Shown here piece by piece: positions 42,823 to 56,215 of a DNA stretch of 64,000 nucleotides (the stretch's first letter is position 1; every line of letters begins with the position of its first letter). Origin of the DNA: Penicillus capitatus (taxonomy: Eukaryota > Plantae > Chlorophyta). Under the pieces are notes generated by a model. The model ran no database searches, was not told the DNA's origin, and was given only the letters and a program-made list of their open reading frames with translations. The stretch lies in the NCBI GenBank assembly GCA_965649825.1, contig OZ287712.1, positions 310,001 to 374,000 on the forward strand. The letters run 5' to 3'. The position numbers were made by a program, and so were the translations under genes.

Positions 42823-45800
42823 ATGGGTCCGTCCACTGACCCATCGCTCTCTCCACCCATCGACACCCTTTTCCTGTATCGTAGGCGTTCCACGTTTCTT
42901 TCGCTGGGTCGCCGAGAGGTGGCCCTGTGTTTGTCAAACGATATCCATGGAATCCGCGCCTCCGACGGACAACCTCTACCTCAACCTGTCAGCCGTGCTG
43001 CAGGAGGCTGCCCTTCATTCAGGCGGACATGGAGACACGAGAGCCATTATGGAACACATTGAACACGCCGTGAACAGGATTGTCAGTCTTACCAAACCAA
43101 AATCTGTCGTCTTCCTCGCCATGGACGGTCATTCCACCACTCCTCCCTCACGCACACCACTCACGCCCCTCCCCCTTCAGGAGTGATACCGAGAGCCAAG
43201 CTGATGCGCCATCGATCGAATAAGTTTCGAATTGCTGAGAATATGAAACTGGTAACAGCCCGTGGAATGCGGCACCATCGATGCGTGCGTTGTGATGGAT
43301 GTTAGGCATCAGCCGCCGCCGCTCGGAGAGGGGAAGTATTGAAAACGTTCGATTTGAATGCCCTCACGGCCGGAACGGAATTCATGGTCGAGTTGATGCA
43401 TCGATTGAAGTCATTCGTGCGGCAGAACATCAGTCAAGGTGCTCCATGGGCACCGGCTGTGATTCTTTCAGGCAGAACCGCACTCTTTTAGTCGGTTGCG
43501 ATGGATGCATGGGGGTATAGGGTCGGATGTACCGGGCGAAGCCGATCACAAGATCTTGGACTACATCCGCAATCTCAAACATGCGTCAGAGTGGCGACCG
43601 AATCAAAGACATGCGTTCTATGGCCTAGACGCTTCGATCCTTCTGTCCGCGTTGGTGATCCACGAGCCACATTGTTATTTATTTAAAGAGAGAAGCTCCA
43701 AGTCTAAAGGAAGCAAGGGACCGGCTGCCAGAGTGATGTTGGAGAATCATCTGCAGGAGGAGTTCCTTCTCTGCAGCATCGGGTGCGTGGAAGAAGTGTG
43801 AGATGTGTGCGGCATGGTGTGATGGTGTTCAGTTTGCTGAGGGACTATCTCGAGATGGAGTTGGAAACGCAGCTTCCTCGCAGCTTCCGGCTAAACATCG
43901 AACGTGCCATCGATGACTTTGTCCTTTTCTGCATGATCGCTGGAAACGATTTTCTACCGGGCACGATCTCACTCTTTTCAGAACGCGCCATTGTGTGACG
44001 GATGGGCTCCCCTCTTTCTAGGATTGGAGTGTTTTGATGGGGTCGATGCTCTGATGGAAAATCTCATGGAGAGCTATAAAGTCATGTTACCTGTTCTGGG
44101 TGGGTACATTACGCAAATTGGCCGAATCAACGGCGAAAGACTACAAAAAGTACCATCCCCTTGTCGCCCCTCCCTCCATCCGCATACTCCTTCCTACCCT
44201 CAAGGTCCTGCATCACTGTTCGATCACCGAAGAAGGGCACGTTCGACGGCAGCTTCATGTGAGACCTACCTGCCTTAAGTACAGAAGGGCATCCGTGGTG
44301 GTCTTGTCGCCTAGGCTATGAACGAAGGGAAGCTTCAAGAGAAGGACAGAGTTGTGGATCAGGACTTCCTGTTTCTGAGCAACCGAGCGGCCAGAGATAT
44401 CTTTAACGAATCGCCCACGCCCGAAGATGCCATCGAAGCTTGGAAAGTGAGCGACGGCGGAGTGTCGTGGAAGACTGACTCGCTGGACGTGTCTGTTTAG
44501 CGTCGGCATTATCAAGAGAAGCTTCATGTTCCACCCCATTCAAAACAGACTGTCATCACGCAGTACTTCGAAGGACTGAATTGGTCCATGAGATGCTTTT
44601 ACAGAGGAATGCCGAGCTGGAACTGGTATTATCCGTATCACTATGCGCCGATGATTTCTGACATGAATGACATGGACCCGTCCAAAGGTCACATCACTCT
44701 TTATCTCACTCTTTTGATATAGATCCTTCGCTCTGCTGTTTAGTTTTGTTCAGAATGGGCAATCCAGTGTCGACGTTATTTCATTTGATGTCCGTCTTGC
44801 CGCGTGCTTCACACAAACTTGCACCTCGAATACTGCAACCCCTGATTATGGATCCCAAATCTCCTTTGGTATCTTATTACCCAAATGACTGCCGAGTGGA
44901 CATGGAAGGTCACACTTGTGTCATGCATCTCACACTTTCCTCTTGACCTCTGCCTGTGCATCGTAGGGAAAAGAATGGACTGGGATGCTGTTGTATTATT
45001 ACCTTTTTTGGAAGACAGAAAACTGGAATGCATTCTGACCAAGGTCCAATCTCAGCTGACAAACAACGATCTTGATCGAACAAAAAACGGCCATTCTCTG
45101 ATCTTTACCTCTAAAGAAGGCACCCAGTCTATCGCCCTTCCTGCTTTGACTGTGGTTTCCAGGTCTGATTCGAGTGGCCCTATGTATCCACGACCCATCT
45201 GCCATGACGAACCTCTCCGCCAATGGAGAATCAAGCAACTCGAGGAAGTCCTCGTCGAGCATCGATCTGAATAGTTTGAGTTCTCTTAAGGCTTTTAGAA
45301 GTGAACTAACACCTGATACTGTGACTGGCACTCAAGCTCCTAGTGGATACTGGACACTTAAGTCACACAAGGCGCCGCCGCCAGCCGCCGTTGCCGATCG
45401 TTAGGGTTTGGGTGTTTAGGTGATTGCATCTATGAAGGAATTGGAAGTGTGCCTGTTCAATTATCCAAGCGCAAGGCGTACCTTGCAGTTGACGCTGCCT
45501 CCCGCTGCATCTCTCTCCTGTCCCGAACTGCTGATCGGTAGAGTTGTGTTTGTGGACTGGCCCTCGCTGCAACGAGCACGGGTGGTCCGAATTGAAGACC
45601 GGCGTTGCATTACCGAAACGAAAGTGAACTATAGTGATGAACCGTCCTACAAAGCCCAAACCTGTCAAGCACATCACGTCTTCAAACAGACGCTAAATTC
45701 CCAGGAATGGTCCAACAAAGTGCAACAGACCACCCGTCTTCTCCGAGAGAAGAAAGGAATTGAAGTGGGACTCGTAGAGGTCCTTGTCACCGTCAAGAAA

Positions 45801-47604
45801 ATTAATGGCGCCCTACGACTCGGCCTGGATCATTTCGTCGAGCGATACGGCGGTCACGAAACCTATCCCCTACAGGTCGCGCCGCCAGCCTATCACATCA
45901 TCGAATGATCATCTCTTATGTACGCAGGCCGTCATGTTGGAGAATGTCTACCCGAATCATCCAGTCGATCTAGGAGACGAGCAAAAACTGACGTTATGTC
46001 CACACGACCGTCTTCTTTATGTTGGAGAGGACTATCCAGGAACGGTCGCGACAGTGTTGGACGACGAGGATTCCCCGACAGAAACGTCATCGCTGAAAGG
46101 CACGTCCTCCCTGCGCCATACCACAAGCGCGATCGATCGATCTGTGTACAGAAGACGAGGTGGATCTCTGTTCGAGGGAGAACGAATCCCTGGCTGTCTC
46201 GCTCCAAATGCCCGCCTCTTGTGCCACATCTGCTCTCAGATCTGTACAGAAACGGCTGAGAAACACATCTGAGCACTACTATCCGAGCGGAGCTGTCGCC
46301 ACGCGTCTGGGTGTCACGCCTCAGGGACTCTCGCGCATTACTGGAAGTCTCTGGGTCAATACGGGTCAAGAACGACAAGAGATTGGACTGGCGGTTAAGC
46401 TAGGGAGCAAGAACATGTGTGTCGTGGGCTATGTGCGCCCAAGCTCCAACGGAACCGGTTGGGAATACACCGAATCGCTCATCCGCATACTCGAGAGCTA
46501 TCACAGCGCCTTCTTTTGGGTCTTCGAAGCAGTGGATGCCACGCCCGAGGGAGGAGAGATCAATCTGAAACACGTTTTTCCTCACCGATCTGACACAGAC
46601 CTGACAGAACTGGTCAAAAGAACACGAGAATGGCTGAACGGGCTGCCTCTCACTGGACGACCCCTCGTTACGGTAACGCAGCCCACGGCATCGACGTCGA
46701 CTCGAGGCGGTGCCCTTTATGTAGGCCGATGCGTGCGTCGGGAGCATCGCCGTTATCGAAGAGGCCTGTGAGACGCTGTCCAAATCGAATGGCGGCGCAA
46801 AGCCTATCCTGACGAGATTGCCCCGATCCCAACTCATCCCGCCGACAGACAAGTCCACTGTACGATCGAAAGAGGTACCGTCGTTGCGTCGATCGATCGG
46901 GCGATGCGTGAGCGGAGTGCGCTAGGTGGCTGGTGAGATGTTGATCGGCGATCTGGTGATCTACATCGGCACGTCTGTCATCAGTTTTGGATCGTCCGGC
47001 GTCGTTGTCGGAACGTTGAGGGATCAAGTGGAGGTGCTGTTTTCTTCGAAAGTCCTCCACGCTGTCTCGATACTAGGCAATTCAACAAAGAAACGCAGCT
47101 GCCTTGTGAATACTATGGACTTGGTCAATATCTCACGATTAAGGGGGGAAGAACGGTCGAAACACGAAATACATAACAACAAAAATACGCAGCACCACAA
47201 CCACCAGTACTCTCAACGAGCCAAACGTGAGCCGCCATAGAGTGACGGACGGTCGACGGGGTGTCTGTGTTTGTGGTGCAGATGGCAGTATGGGTGGTCG
47301 TCTACAGAGTCCATATCCGCAGCAGAACAGCGCGAGAAGGCGTGGTCATTTGAGCTGGAACGATCGAGGAAGCCGAGTACTGCACGGTGTCCTTCCGCAG
47401 CATCATCACCAGCAGCAGCATCACCAGCAGCAGCATCACCATCATCCAGGGCAACCTGTTCCCGAATCCGTCTGTGCGATGCGTCCAGTGATGGCAGTTC
47501 CTGCTTACGGCTCAGGCGTGTACATTCCTGGGATGACACCAATGCCAGGTCCATAGATCTCACTCTTATGTCTCCTCCTCACACATATAGGATGGCTGTC
47601 TTAG
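42823..47604 (+). CDS. XRN1: XRN1-type 5'-3' exoribonuclease homolog with a degenerate active site (about 18 introns)
   Basis: MG|VPRFFRWVAERWP, DNLYL, AMDGVIPRAK, AGTEFM, SDVPGE, YGLD, HEPH, GNDFLP, WNWYYPYHYAP, WDAVVLLPF. XRN1-specific winged-helix (LSRITGSL...IGLAVK...VGYVR...WEY) and SH3-like (IGDLVIYIG...SFGSSGVVVG...VEVLF) domains are present. Confidence 0.92.
47398..47445 (+). repeat. 15-nt tandem repeat encoding a Gln/His tract
   Basis: (CACCAGCAGCAGCAT) about twice, encoding QHHHQQQHHQQQHHHH in the XRN1 tail. Confidence 0.7.
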
Positions 47605-48209
47605 GTGTCCAAGGCAGTGTCCCTTCGCATCCAATGCCATTCATAAATTATTCATTGACACCTCGCTATTAAATCTGTGGTCATGATAAATCGACAGATA
47701 TTGTTATAGTTAGCCGCATTCATCCGTTTTGGAATTTGATTGTGTCCTTCTGCCTTGCTACTGTGATTACTGCCAGCTTTCGTGGGTTGTCAACTGCATC
47801 GACGCACGCGCTGCATTGCTCAAAGACATGATGGGACATGTGTCTTTTCGGTTTCCTCGGCGACATACTCTGTAAGTGCTAGTGCTAGAAAGACAAGAAC
47901 GCTTTTGGAATTGTAAATAACGCGAGGCGGTTCACATCCAGCACAGAGAAAGTGACGGAGATGCGAAGGATTCTCTTACAGATTTTGTCGCGTTCAGAGA
48001 AACGACCAGCCGATGCAAAGAGAGATCAAGAGAGATCGAGGAGCGTCTACCCGTGAAGAGCAGCTCGACGAGTGGCGGCGCGCGTCTGCCGCATGGTATG
48101 TGTGCTCGTTGTGGATGTCGCCGTCTGAAAGGACTCGGGAATAGATTCGGCATCGCTCACATCTCCCATCTGAAAGACTTGCAGATCGCCATCGGTGTGC
48201 ACTAACTGA

Positions 48210-51200
48210 TCATGCATCCCTGCCAAGAAGACCTCCTCTGATGCCGAAGGCGATGCGGGAACAGGCGCGTCGACCTGAGGCGTAGCGATGGGAGGCGGGA
48301 AAGGGACGTCGATCGTCGAATGTGCTGACAGGCGTGCCGGGACGCGTTCCTGATCGATAGGAAGCGACTTCTCCCTGAGGAAGAGAACAGACGGTTCAGA
48401 TCAGGGGCGAAAGTGTCCGTAGGGTTACGGGAGAGAGGAGGACTTCGCTCGTGTCGTCTGCATCGTGCCCCGCTTGACGGCGCATCCCAGAACGCAGCGA
48501 TGTGATCGGACTGCCGAACGCAGTTGGCGTCTCGGGAGGGTCATCGTTGCGGTCGATGTCGCGTCTCCCATCTCTTTGCATTCTGAATAAGGCGCCCGTG
48601 ACGACAAGGGCAATTCCCACGAGTAGCCATATCACACGTGAGAGATCCAGCGCTGCCTGTGTCTCCGTCGACGCGTCTTCGATCACGAGCGGCGCATCGA
48701 ACGAGAACGCCGGGCATTTCGCATAACCCAGCGCCTTTTCTGCCAGCGAAGCGCACAGAATCCTCACGTCATCTGATCTGCGGTCCTCGTTGGCGGCCGC
48801 CGCCGCCGCCGCCGGGCACATGAACATCGGCGTGTAGACTGGACATGTGTCGTCCCTCGGCACGAACCGCACGTCCACTCCGCCGATCTCTTCGACGCCA
48901 CTCGGTGCGTGCCACAACGGACAGAACTGAAGAAACGACCAGAGAAAAACGCTGGCGACTAACAGCCACGAGATGAGCTTCTGTCCGTGCCCCTCTCGTC
49001 CATTCGCATTCCATTCCCACGAGAACCGCAAACCTTTTGCCTTGCCCTCCTCATCCTTCCCTAAGAACAGCCACCTCTCCAGCGGCAGTCGACGTCTGGC
49101 ACACGTCGGATACCTTCCGTGATAAAAACTTCGGAGTCGTGGCCTGTGGACGTCATCTTTCGAGGCGGAACTGGAATCCGAGAAGATCCGTTTTTCCGGC
49201 TGCTCTTGTTCGTCGTTGGTTCGCCGCCCGAAGGTAATTCGCTTTCCGCGTGTCCGTGCCGCGGCGTATTCGTCAAATCCGTCAGTTGTATGTCGCGTGG
49301 GCGATTTGGACGTGGCGGCGTTCGTTTTGACGCGGAACTGCGGGATGGCTGATCGGCGGCATCGCGTGTGCGTTCAGGTCTGGGCAGCTTAGTGCCGGGC
49401 GATTCGGACGTCGTCGAGACCGACGTCTTTTCATCGACGATCAAGATTTTGATACTCTCCGGCACCGAACCACGCTGCCTCTCGTTCTTCTTCGACGGCG
49501 ACGGACACGGCGGAATGCTTGACGTCGCAGAAGCGCCTCTTTCACTTTCGACGACGATCGACATCCCCTCGTCGTCGACCACCTTCGCGCTATCATCTCC
49601 GGTCGTCTCGTCAATGACGGCGGTCTTGATCGAGTGATCTGTCTTTGTCGCCGCCGGCAACGCAGACGGCTTCTTATTGGCGTTCTGCGCGAGAGGAGCC
49701 TCCGGAGTCGTATTGCGAATGATGCCGATGTCGGCAGAGGTCTCGCTGACCATGCCACGACGCACGGATTCGGTCAGCGCCGAAGTAGGCCGTTTGACGT
49801 CGTGCTTCTCAGAAAAACGCTTCGCTGGCGGCGACGTCTTCGTCTCCGTGCGTTCAACCGCTTGGCACAGCTGACTGAGTCGCTCCGACAACGGCAAGAC
49901 GTTGCTCCGTGACAAACGTCCGCTGTCGCCGCCCTCATGCGTCGCTTTCTCACGCGTTTTGCTTTTTCGCGTGGTCTTCGTCGCCTGTTGGCCATCCGTC
50001 TTCTTTCCTTTTGCCTTTGCCCGTTTTCTTCGATAGCGCTGAACTCGAGGCGGCTCCGCATCACGTGTCCCCGTCACACGGAAGAGGCCCTCGGCGCGTT
50101 CGTCGTACGAAAAGGTTCCGTCTCGGTCGCTTTGCGTCACCGTGTTCGACAACGAAGCGTCCTCCCACACTTCGACGTTGCTCAAGCCGTTCACCGCTCC
50201 GAACGCAAACAGGTCGATATCGTCTGTCGAGACGCTCTCGATATCCGTCGCTTCGGCACGGAGAAGTGGCGTTGTCACTCGGGCGATCTCTGTCGTCTTG
50301 GCACCGGATCTCTTCCGAAGAAATCCACTTCCTTCATCCTCTCGGCTCAGTTCCTCTTTTCTATCGCACAGACAAACGACGTCGAGAGATGCCTGGCTAA
50401 GCGTGTGCCTTTCCCCTGACGTTTCTTTGAGGAATTTATCGAGTTTTCGGCATCGTCTGGAGTGGGGATTGATGGTGTAGCCCGAGGCGTTGGATATGGT
50501 GTCGTCGTACGAAGGGTAGTGGACGGAGTCAACGAGCGACGAATGCGGTCGCGGAAGTGTCCGTCCATCACGTCCGTCGACGTTTTCCGCCTCGTCTTGT
50601 GACGCACCGCTCCCCTATCAGACCATCTGAAGGCGATTCGCAAAACGTCCGTCGCGCTCACGTAGAAGGTCAGCCGCGATGCCGATTCGCGCGACTGGCG
50701 GTCTGCCTGTACGTCGGCAGTGACCTCAGACGGTGCCTCCGAATCCGCAAAGACATCGACGTGCACGCGAGGACTCGCCGTATGCGAAGCGACTTTCGAA
50801 CTCGCCCCTGCGACGCACAACGTCCGTCTCTGCATCCGAGGAGACAAAAGTGTAATAGAGTGACGTCACCTGTGGACTGCGACTGCAAGTACTCGGTAAA
50901 TGTTTGTAACGTACCGCGAGTCGACAGCTCAAGTGAACCTAGACGCACTCCACACCACATCCGACGCGATCCTTCCACGCCTACCGGAGTCGTTTAGGCT
51001 CGACGGTATGCTCGAGTCGGATCTTCGTCTGAGGGGCGTCTGTCGAGTGACGGCCGCCGGCGAGGCGTCTGGAGACGATGGATGCAGGGCGAAGCTGGGC
51101 AAGGGTCGTCGTACCTTGTCGGAGGTTCATGTCGTTTGGCTTCCATCCGAAGGCGCCGCTCTCTTCTTCCGTCGAAACGATGCCCGTCCATCCACGGGCG

Positions 51201-51391
51201 GCATTCGATACTAACGGCCCCGTCGTCAGCGGGACGCCACGTGTGCCGCGCGTTCCGGTGCTCCTCGGCGGCAGAAGGTTCTGTTTGTCTTTCGTGCGAC
51301 CGGAGCTTTGACCCGCGACGGACGCCGAGCGCGGCAACGGCGACGAAGAATGCGTGTCGCCGTGTCCGTGTGTCGTGTCTGCTTTCTTCAT
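48210..51391 (-). CDS. Hypothetical low-complexity protein with two C-terminal TM segments
   Basis: ORFs 50981-51562, 50347-50847, 49061-50278 and 48396-49031 chain through in-phase GT-AG introns. TMs are LISWLLVASVFLWSFL and VIWLLVGIALVVTGALF. Confidence 0.55.
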
Positions 51392-51898
51392 AGGATAGTG
51401 TCCGACCAGAAACTCGGCGCCAACCTGAAAACGCCATCGGCGTTTTGCCGAGAGGCATCTCGTGTCTTGCCGTTTTTTGCTCGTGAACAGACTGTTGACG
51501 CATTTGGGGCCCCGCGTTCGATGGGTGACCGTCAGCAAATGAAAGCGACCGTTGTCGCGCACAGCTCTTTCGCGTTGCGTGTCAAAGATAGCGTCAACGG
51601 ACAGGAGATAGTGCGCAACGTTTGACGATTGAATGAAAGTAATGGCCTTCTCTTAACACCCACCCCTCGCGCCGCCGTACGGACACCGGTATCCAAAGGC
51701 ACGTTCTCTTAGAGCAAAGGCGGCGGCGCCTTGACGCGCATTTCTCCCGTCGAGCTGACAGGCAAAGCCCTTTGGTCTATCGACGATGAGACGGTTGTCG
51801 ATTCCGTCTCATCAAGACAGGCTGCCTCAGAGAAACGCCCGTCTTCCAGGATTCTGGACAGGAATATGAAGTGACCGAGCGCCTGCGACGAGAGGATG

Positions 51899-54800
51899 TC
51901 ACTTTCTTAAGAGACAGACGCCAATGGCGAGCATCGTGACGAAGAGACCTGTGACAAGACCCAGTGCAAAAATCAAATACTCAATCACGGCAAAATGCCG
52001 AGCGTCTTGGGCTGTCCCATCCGAGCGCAGGTCTACAGCAAAGGCAGCCAGCCGTAGGTGCTCGCTTTGGTGTGGAAAGAGCGACGTGCCTTTCAGTAGG
52101 TAGTACTTCATGAGCGTGCCCAGGGCCTTGTCGACGGGCGCTTCGTCGTCGAAGGCGCCATAATCAAACGCGTGTTCAAAATGGTGTTCTTCAGGAACGG
52201 CAAGCGTCTTGCCCGACCACCACTGAGGACGATCGATGTTCTGCGCCTCCGACAAACCGGGTACGAAAGGAGACAAGGTCGACATCGCGTAGTCCTCTGC
52301 AGTTCTCGGACGCTCCTCCTCCAGCACCGCCTCGTCGCGAGCATCTTCGCTGGCAACATCTCCTGACGCTACGCACAAACCCGACGTGCGTTCTTTGTCC
52401 GTATCCGTAGAGATATACCCTGAAAAGTCTGCATAGGAGAGGGGTAGGCCTGTAGCAATGCTCTTTGTTTCCTTTGGCGGTCTGCTTTGCCATCTCGCCG
52501 TTTCGCCCGTCGGATTCCGTACGTCGTTTCCTGCAGCGCCGACAACGCCTTTACCGTTCGACCGACCTGAAATCACATCGTTGGAGGACAGACCGACATA
52601 CGATGCCGTCTTTGACGGAGATGGACCTCGGAGAGGATCTCGTCTGAACCCGTTGGTAAGTGATCGAGCTTGAGAAGCTCATTGGGAAGACCGTGGTCCA
52701 TCGTGGAATGAAAATGCGCGTCGTGTGCGACGATGGCGGTGGATGCTTTCAAGATACGTCGCATCTCCTCTTCTCCGTCCTCCACGATGCGTGACCATCC
52801 ATTGCCCAGGTGCTCACGCAACGATGCATCGAGCTTAGCGATGGTCGCCTTCATATCCTCTCCGTTGTCTCCGTTCGCCGCGTGCTCTTCTGTACCGCCG
52901 AGCGTCTGTCGAACCAGATCCACTGCCGCTTTTGTCGACGGATTTTCGATATCGATCGTGTCGAACTGTTCTCGGAATCGCAGCCAATCGCCGTTTCCAT
53001 CGGTTTCCAAAGAATCGATCAAGGAACGGAGCTGCTCTCGAACAGGCTGCGGAAGATCCTCAATAGACGTTGCACGGGTCCGGGCGCGTTTTCGAGTCAT
53101 CGTGGCTTTCCATTCGCCGAGGCGCTTCGTTGACGCCGACGCTTTCTCTCTGAAGATGCGCTGAATATCCGGCACGTCAGCAGGCGACATAGCACCCGCG
53201 TCTGCCAGAAGCTTTCGTTTGCGTTCGGAAAGAACATCTTGAATCCACTCCTCCAATCGATTCTGCACTTTGGTCACTGTCTGGCTCTTATCCACTCCCA
53301 TGACCCTTCTGCCTATGGCCTGAAGCAGCTCTTCACGAAACGCCGCCACTGGCGTTGGCGCTTCGTCTGCATACTCCTCCTTTTCTTTAAAGCCCGACGA
53401 GAAATGCAAAGCGTCTGCGGAAAGGTGCTCGGCGCTTGCGTCGCTCGACTCTGTTCGCCGAGAGAGAAGCGTCTCGAGTGTATCCACGACTGCGTCTAGA
53501 TCCACGTGGTATTCTGCCAGCACGTCTGGATGTGCGTCAGCGTCGGCTTCAGACAAGAGTCGTCGCTTCACCGAGGGCTGTTCATCGTCGTCTCGTTTTT
53601 GCACTCGAGAGAACTGGCCGATGTTGCGAACGAAGGCCTTGAGCTTCGAAACGGTATCTTTCAATTTCTCAATCGGTCGTTCCTTTGCCTCCGCAGCTGA
53701 CTGAACGTCGATGTCATCAATGAGTTCTCTGAGTGTCGTCGGCGGAGCGTCGACAGGCAAGTGGCGTGCGACGATTGGATTGGTACCCGGTATGTAGCTC
53801 TCGATGCTGAGTATCTGCTTCAGTAACTGAACCAGACGAGCGTCACTTTTCGACAGCGCCGCCGTCTCCAGCTGTGCGTATCTCTGCTCTATGGCGACGA
53901 CGCTTCTCCACCACTGTGCCAGACAAGGAATGCGCTTGAGATCCCGAAACTCCACGCATTCACGGAATCGCGTTATGGCGTCACTCATGTCCTGACGAAA
54001 AGAAGAGAGCAGAGGGATCTCGGCAGCTCTGCTCTGTGTCACATAAGCGCGAGCCTCAAAATCGGCAACGGTCGACTCCAACTCGCGGACCAACTACATC
54101 GAAAATGAACGTCTGAAATAAAAAGAGGCATTGGCAAAAAGAGACGTGCCTCGGCGAGACATACGAGGGAGGTATTGCTGGCATCCTGACGGCACGATTC
54201 ATAACGGCGAAAAAGAGTGAACACCACCTGGAATGGCGCGCTCAAAACGTTTGAAAAGAGTGACAAACTCTACCTGGGCGAGATCGACGCGTTGTCGGAG
54301 ATCTTGAACGTCTTCTATACTTGCTTGTAGACGCTCCCAGGCGTCTGTCTCCAGCGTCGTGCTCTTTTCTAGATTCCAAAAGAGTGAGATGACCTTAACC
54401 GTAGAGCCGTAGAGCCGTAGCGCTCGACAGTACTTTGTTGTTCAAGAGTCAGGTCTTCCAAGATGCGTTGCATCAGATCGTGTAAGTGTGGCATCGAAGA
54501 CGCATCGCCGAGTCCTTGATCGAAGACCTCCTGCAACGTACGCGTCTGATCGACTTGCTCGACGGCGTCTTCCTGAACGAGAGACTCGAGCAATGTCGTC
54601 CACGCTGCGCTTGGACGTTGCCATCGTGAGGGTGTAAGGCATGGCATACTTGCTATCCAGTCGCTGGGATCTGCGTCCGTCATTTGCTGCAAAGGACGCT
54701 GTTGCGTTTCTTCTTCCACGACGCGCAGCGCAGCGTATGCCGCAAGCGCTTCGCTATGTTGCGCAAGGAATGCCCTTCGTATATAAACTGTCAGATTTAG

Positions 54801-54917
54801 CTCGACACAGGTAGAGCAGCGCACTGGATTTTCGACCGAATCGTCTCGTCGCCAGTATCTGACGCAGCGTCGTCGAGCAGAGACCGCAGCTCGGCCTGTC
54901 GGGCAACACGTGTCCAA
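51899..54917 (-). CDS. Hypothetical helical/coiled-coil protein with a C-terminal TM anchor (5' end uncertain)
   Basis: Consecutive same-strand ORFs (54369-54917, 52573-54093, 51899-52576) ending AVIEYLIFALGLVTGLFVTMLAIGVCLLRK*. Confidence 0.55.
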
Positions 54918-55658
54918 TACGACGACGGCGATCCTTGGCCGTCGTCACGACTACTCTACTGGTCAGACACTCGCCCCTCTTTATGTGGCGATTCGGCACA
55001 CCTTTATCATGTCAACGGATGCTCCACGAGCGACAACGGCCACAAATATACAAACAAGAAGGAAGCACACATGGCATAGGTGTTGCTTTGACATGATCTG
55101 GACGCCGATGTTAGCAGGGACAGATCTGGAAAGAGATGACTGAATGCGGGACGATGGTGTGTATGGTCACGCGTCTCTTCGAAGGACATCCTATAGACAA
55201 CTCGACCTGTCTCGACCGAGAGCCATTCTCTTGGAGGCGCCGAATCGTCAAGACGCTTTGCAAAAGAAGACCGAGCGCTTGATTCCAGAGCATCGTGTCA
55301 CATCATTCTGTGACGTTTCGTCGGACGTCTGCCGCCTCGTGACGTGACAGCTGACGCACGTCACATCAAAAACGCTACGCGTTCATCGCGACGCCGTCTA
55401 TATCTGACGGTTTTTGCCGCGGTCGATCCAGTATCGACCGAGCAACTTCGTGGCTTCCCTTGATAATAGCATCGAACCCACGTCCAACGTCGGCTGCCCT
55501 TGTTTGATTATTGCCGACATGAAAGTGGAGGGCGAACCGAGTGGTCCACTCAATCTAGTTGATCGATGGCTTCTGATGTGACGTTGTTGGCTAAGGGATG
55601 CGATGACGGGGTCTACACGTGCTTTGAGTACGATTTCAGTTTGTACAGTCGTTTGCCT

Positions 55659-56118
55659 ATGTCGAAACGCGTACGCACTTCGGACAATAGCGTGCCACCA
55701 GATGACGGCGCGAGCACGGCGTCTAAAAGTGCCGCAAGTCTTGTCGACGGTGCACAAGACGGTCGCTATTTCACCGACATCATTTACAACCTCGCCGACG
55801 AACTCGCTGTCGATCTGAAGGTCCGCCTCGGCGCACCGATCGATTCTCGAGTACCCATCATCTCAGGGGGCATTGGAATCGCATGCGATCGCACTTAACG
55901 ATAGCGTGCGTACGTTGCAGCGTATGGCCGAAGGTAGAGCAACGGGTCTGTCCGTGTGATGTGACAGCTGGCTGTTTGGTACAGAGATCACGGCGCAACG
56001 CGAAGCCGAGGACCGAGAGATCCGCGACGAAACGGATCACCTCGTGAGCAAAGTCGCGAGCATTCAGTCGACGATCGCCGCCTTTATGGACACCAATCAG
56101 AAACGCACGGATGCTTAG
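55659..56118 (+). CDS. Small hypothetical coiled-coil protein (3 exons)
   Basis: MSKRVRTS...ADELAVDLK|GALESHAIALNDSVRTLQRMAE|EITAQREAEDREIRDETDHLVSKVASIQSTIAAFMDTNQKRTDA*, with two clean GT-AG introns. Confidence 0.55.
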
Positions 56119-56215
56119 GAAAAGAGACGCTTTCACGGGAGGCGCTTTATTTCATTAGCGTTGTGCATTGGGGATGCTGAAATTCCTCCGTTACACTGAA
56201 GTCCGATCTCGACCT

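Noticed and set aside
45400-45419. TTAGGGTTTGGG telomere-like sequence
   Set aside because: A single imperfect unit inside an XRN1 intron, not an array.
48400-51700. Many overlapping Arg/Ser-rich ORFs on both strands (also 14200-17800)
   Set aside because: Expected shadow ORFs of CpG/GC-rich sequence; the minus-strand spliced model explains the 48-51 kb region.
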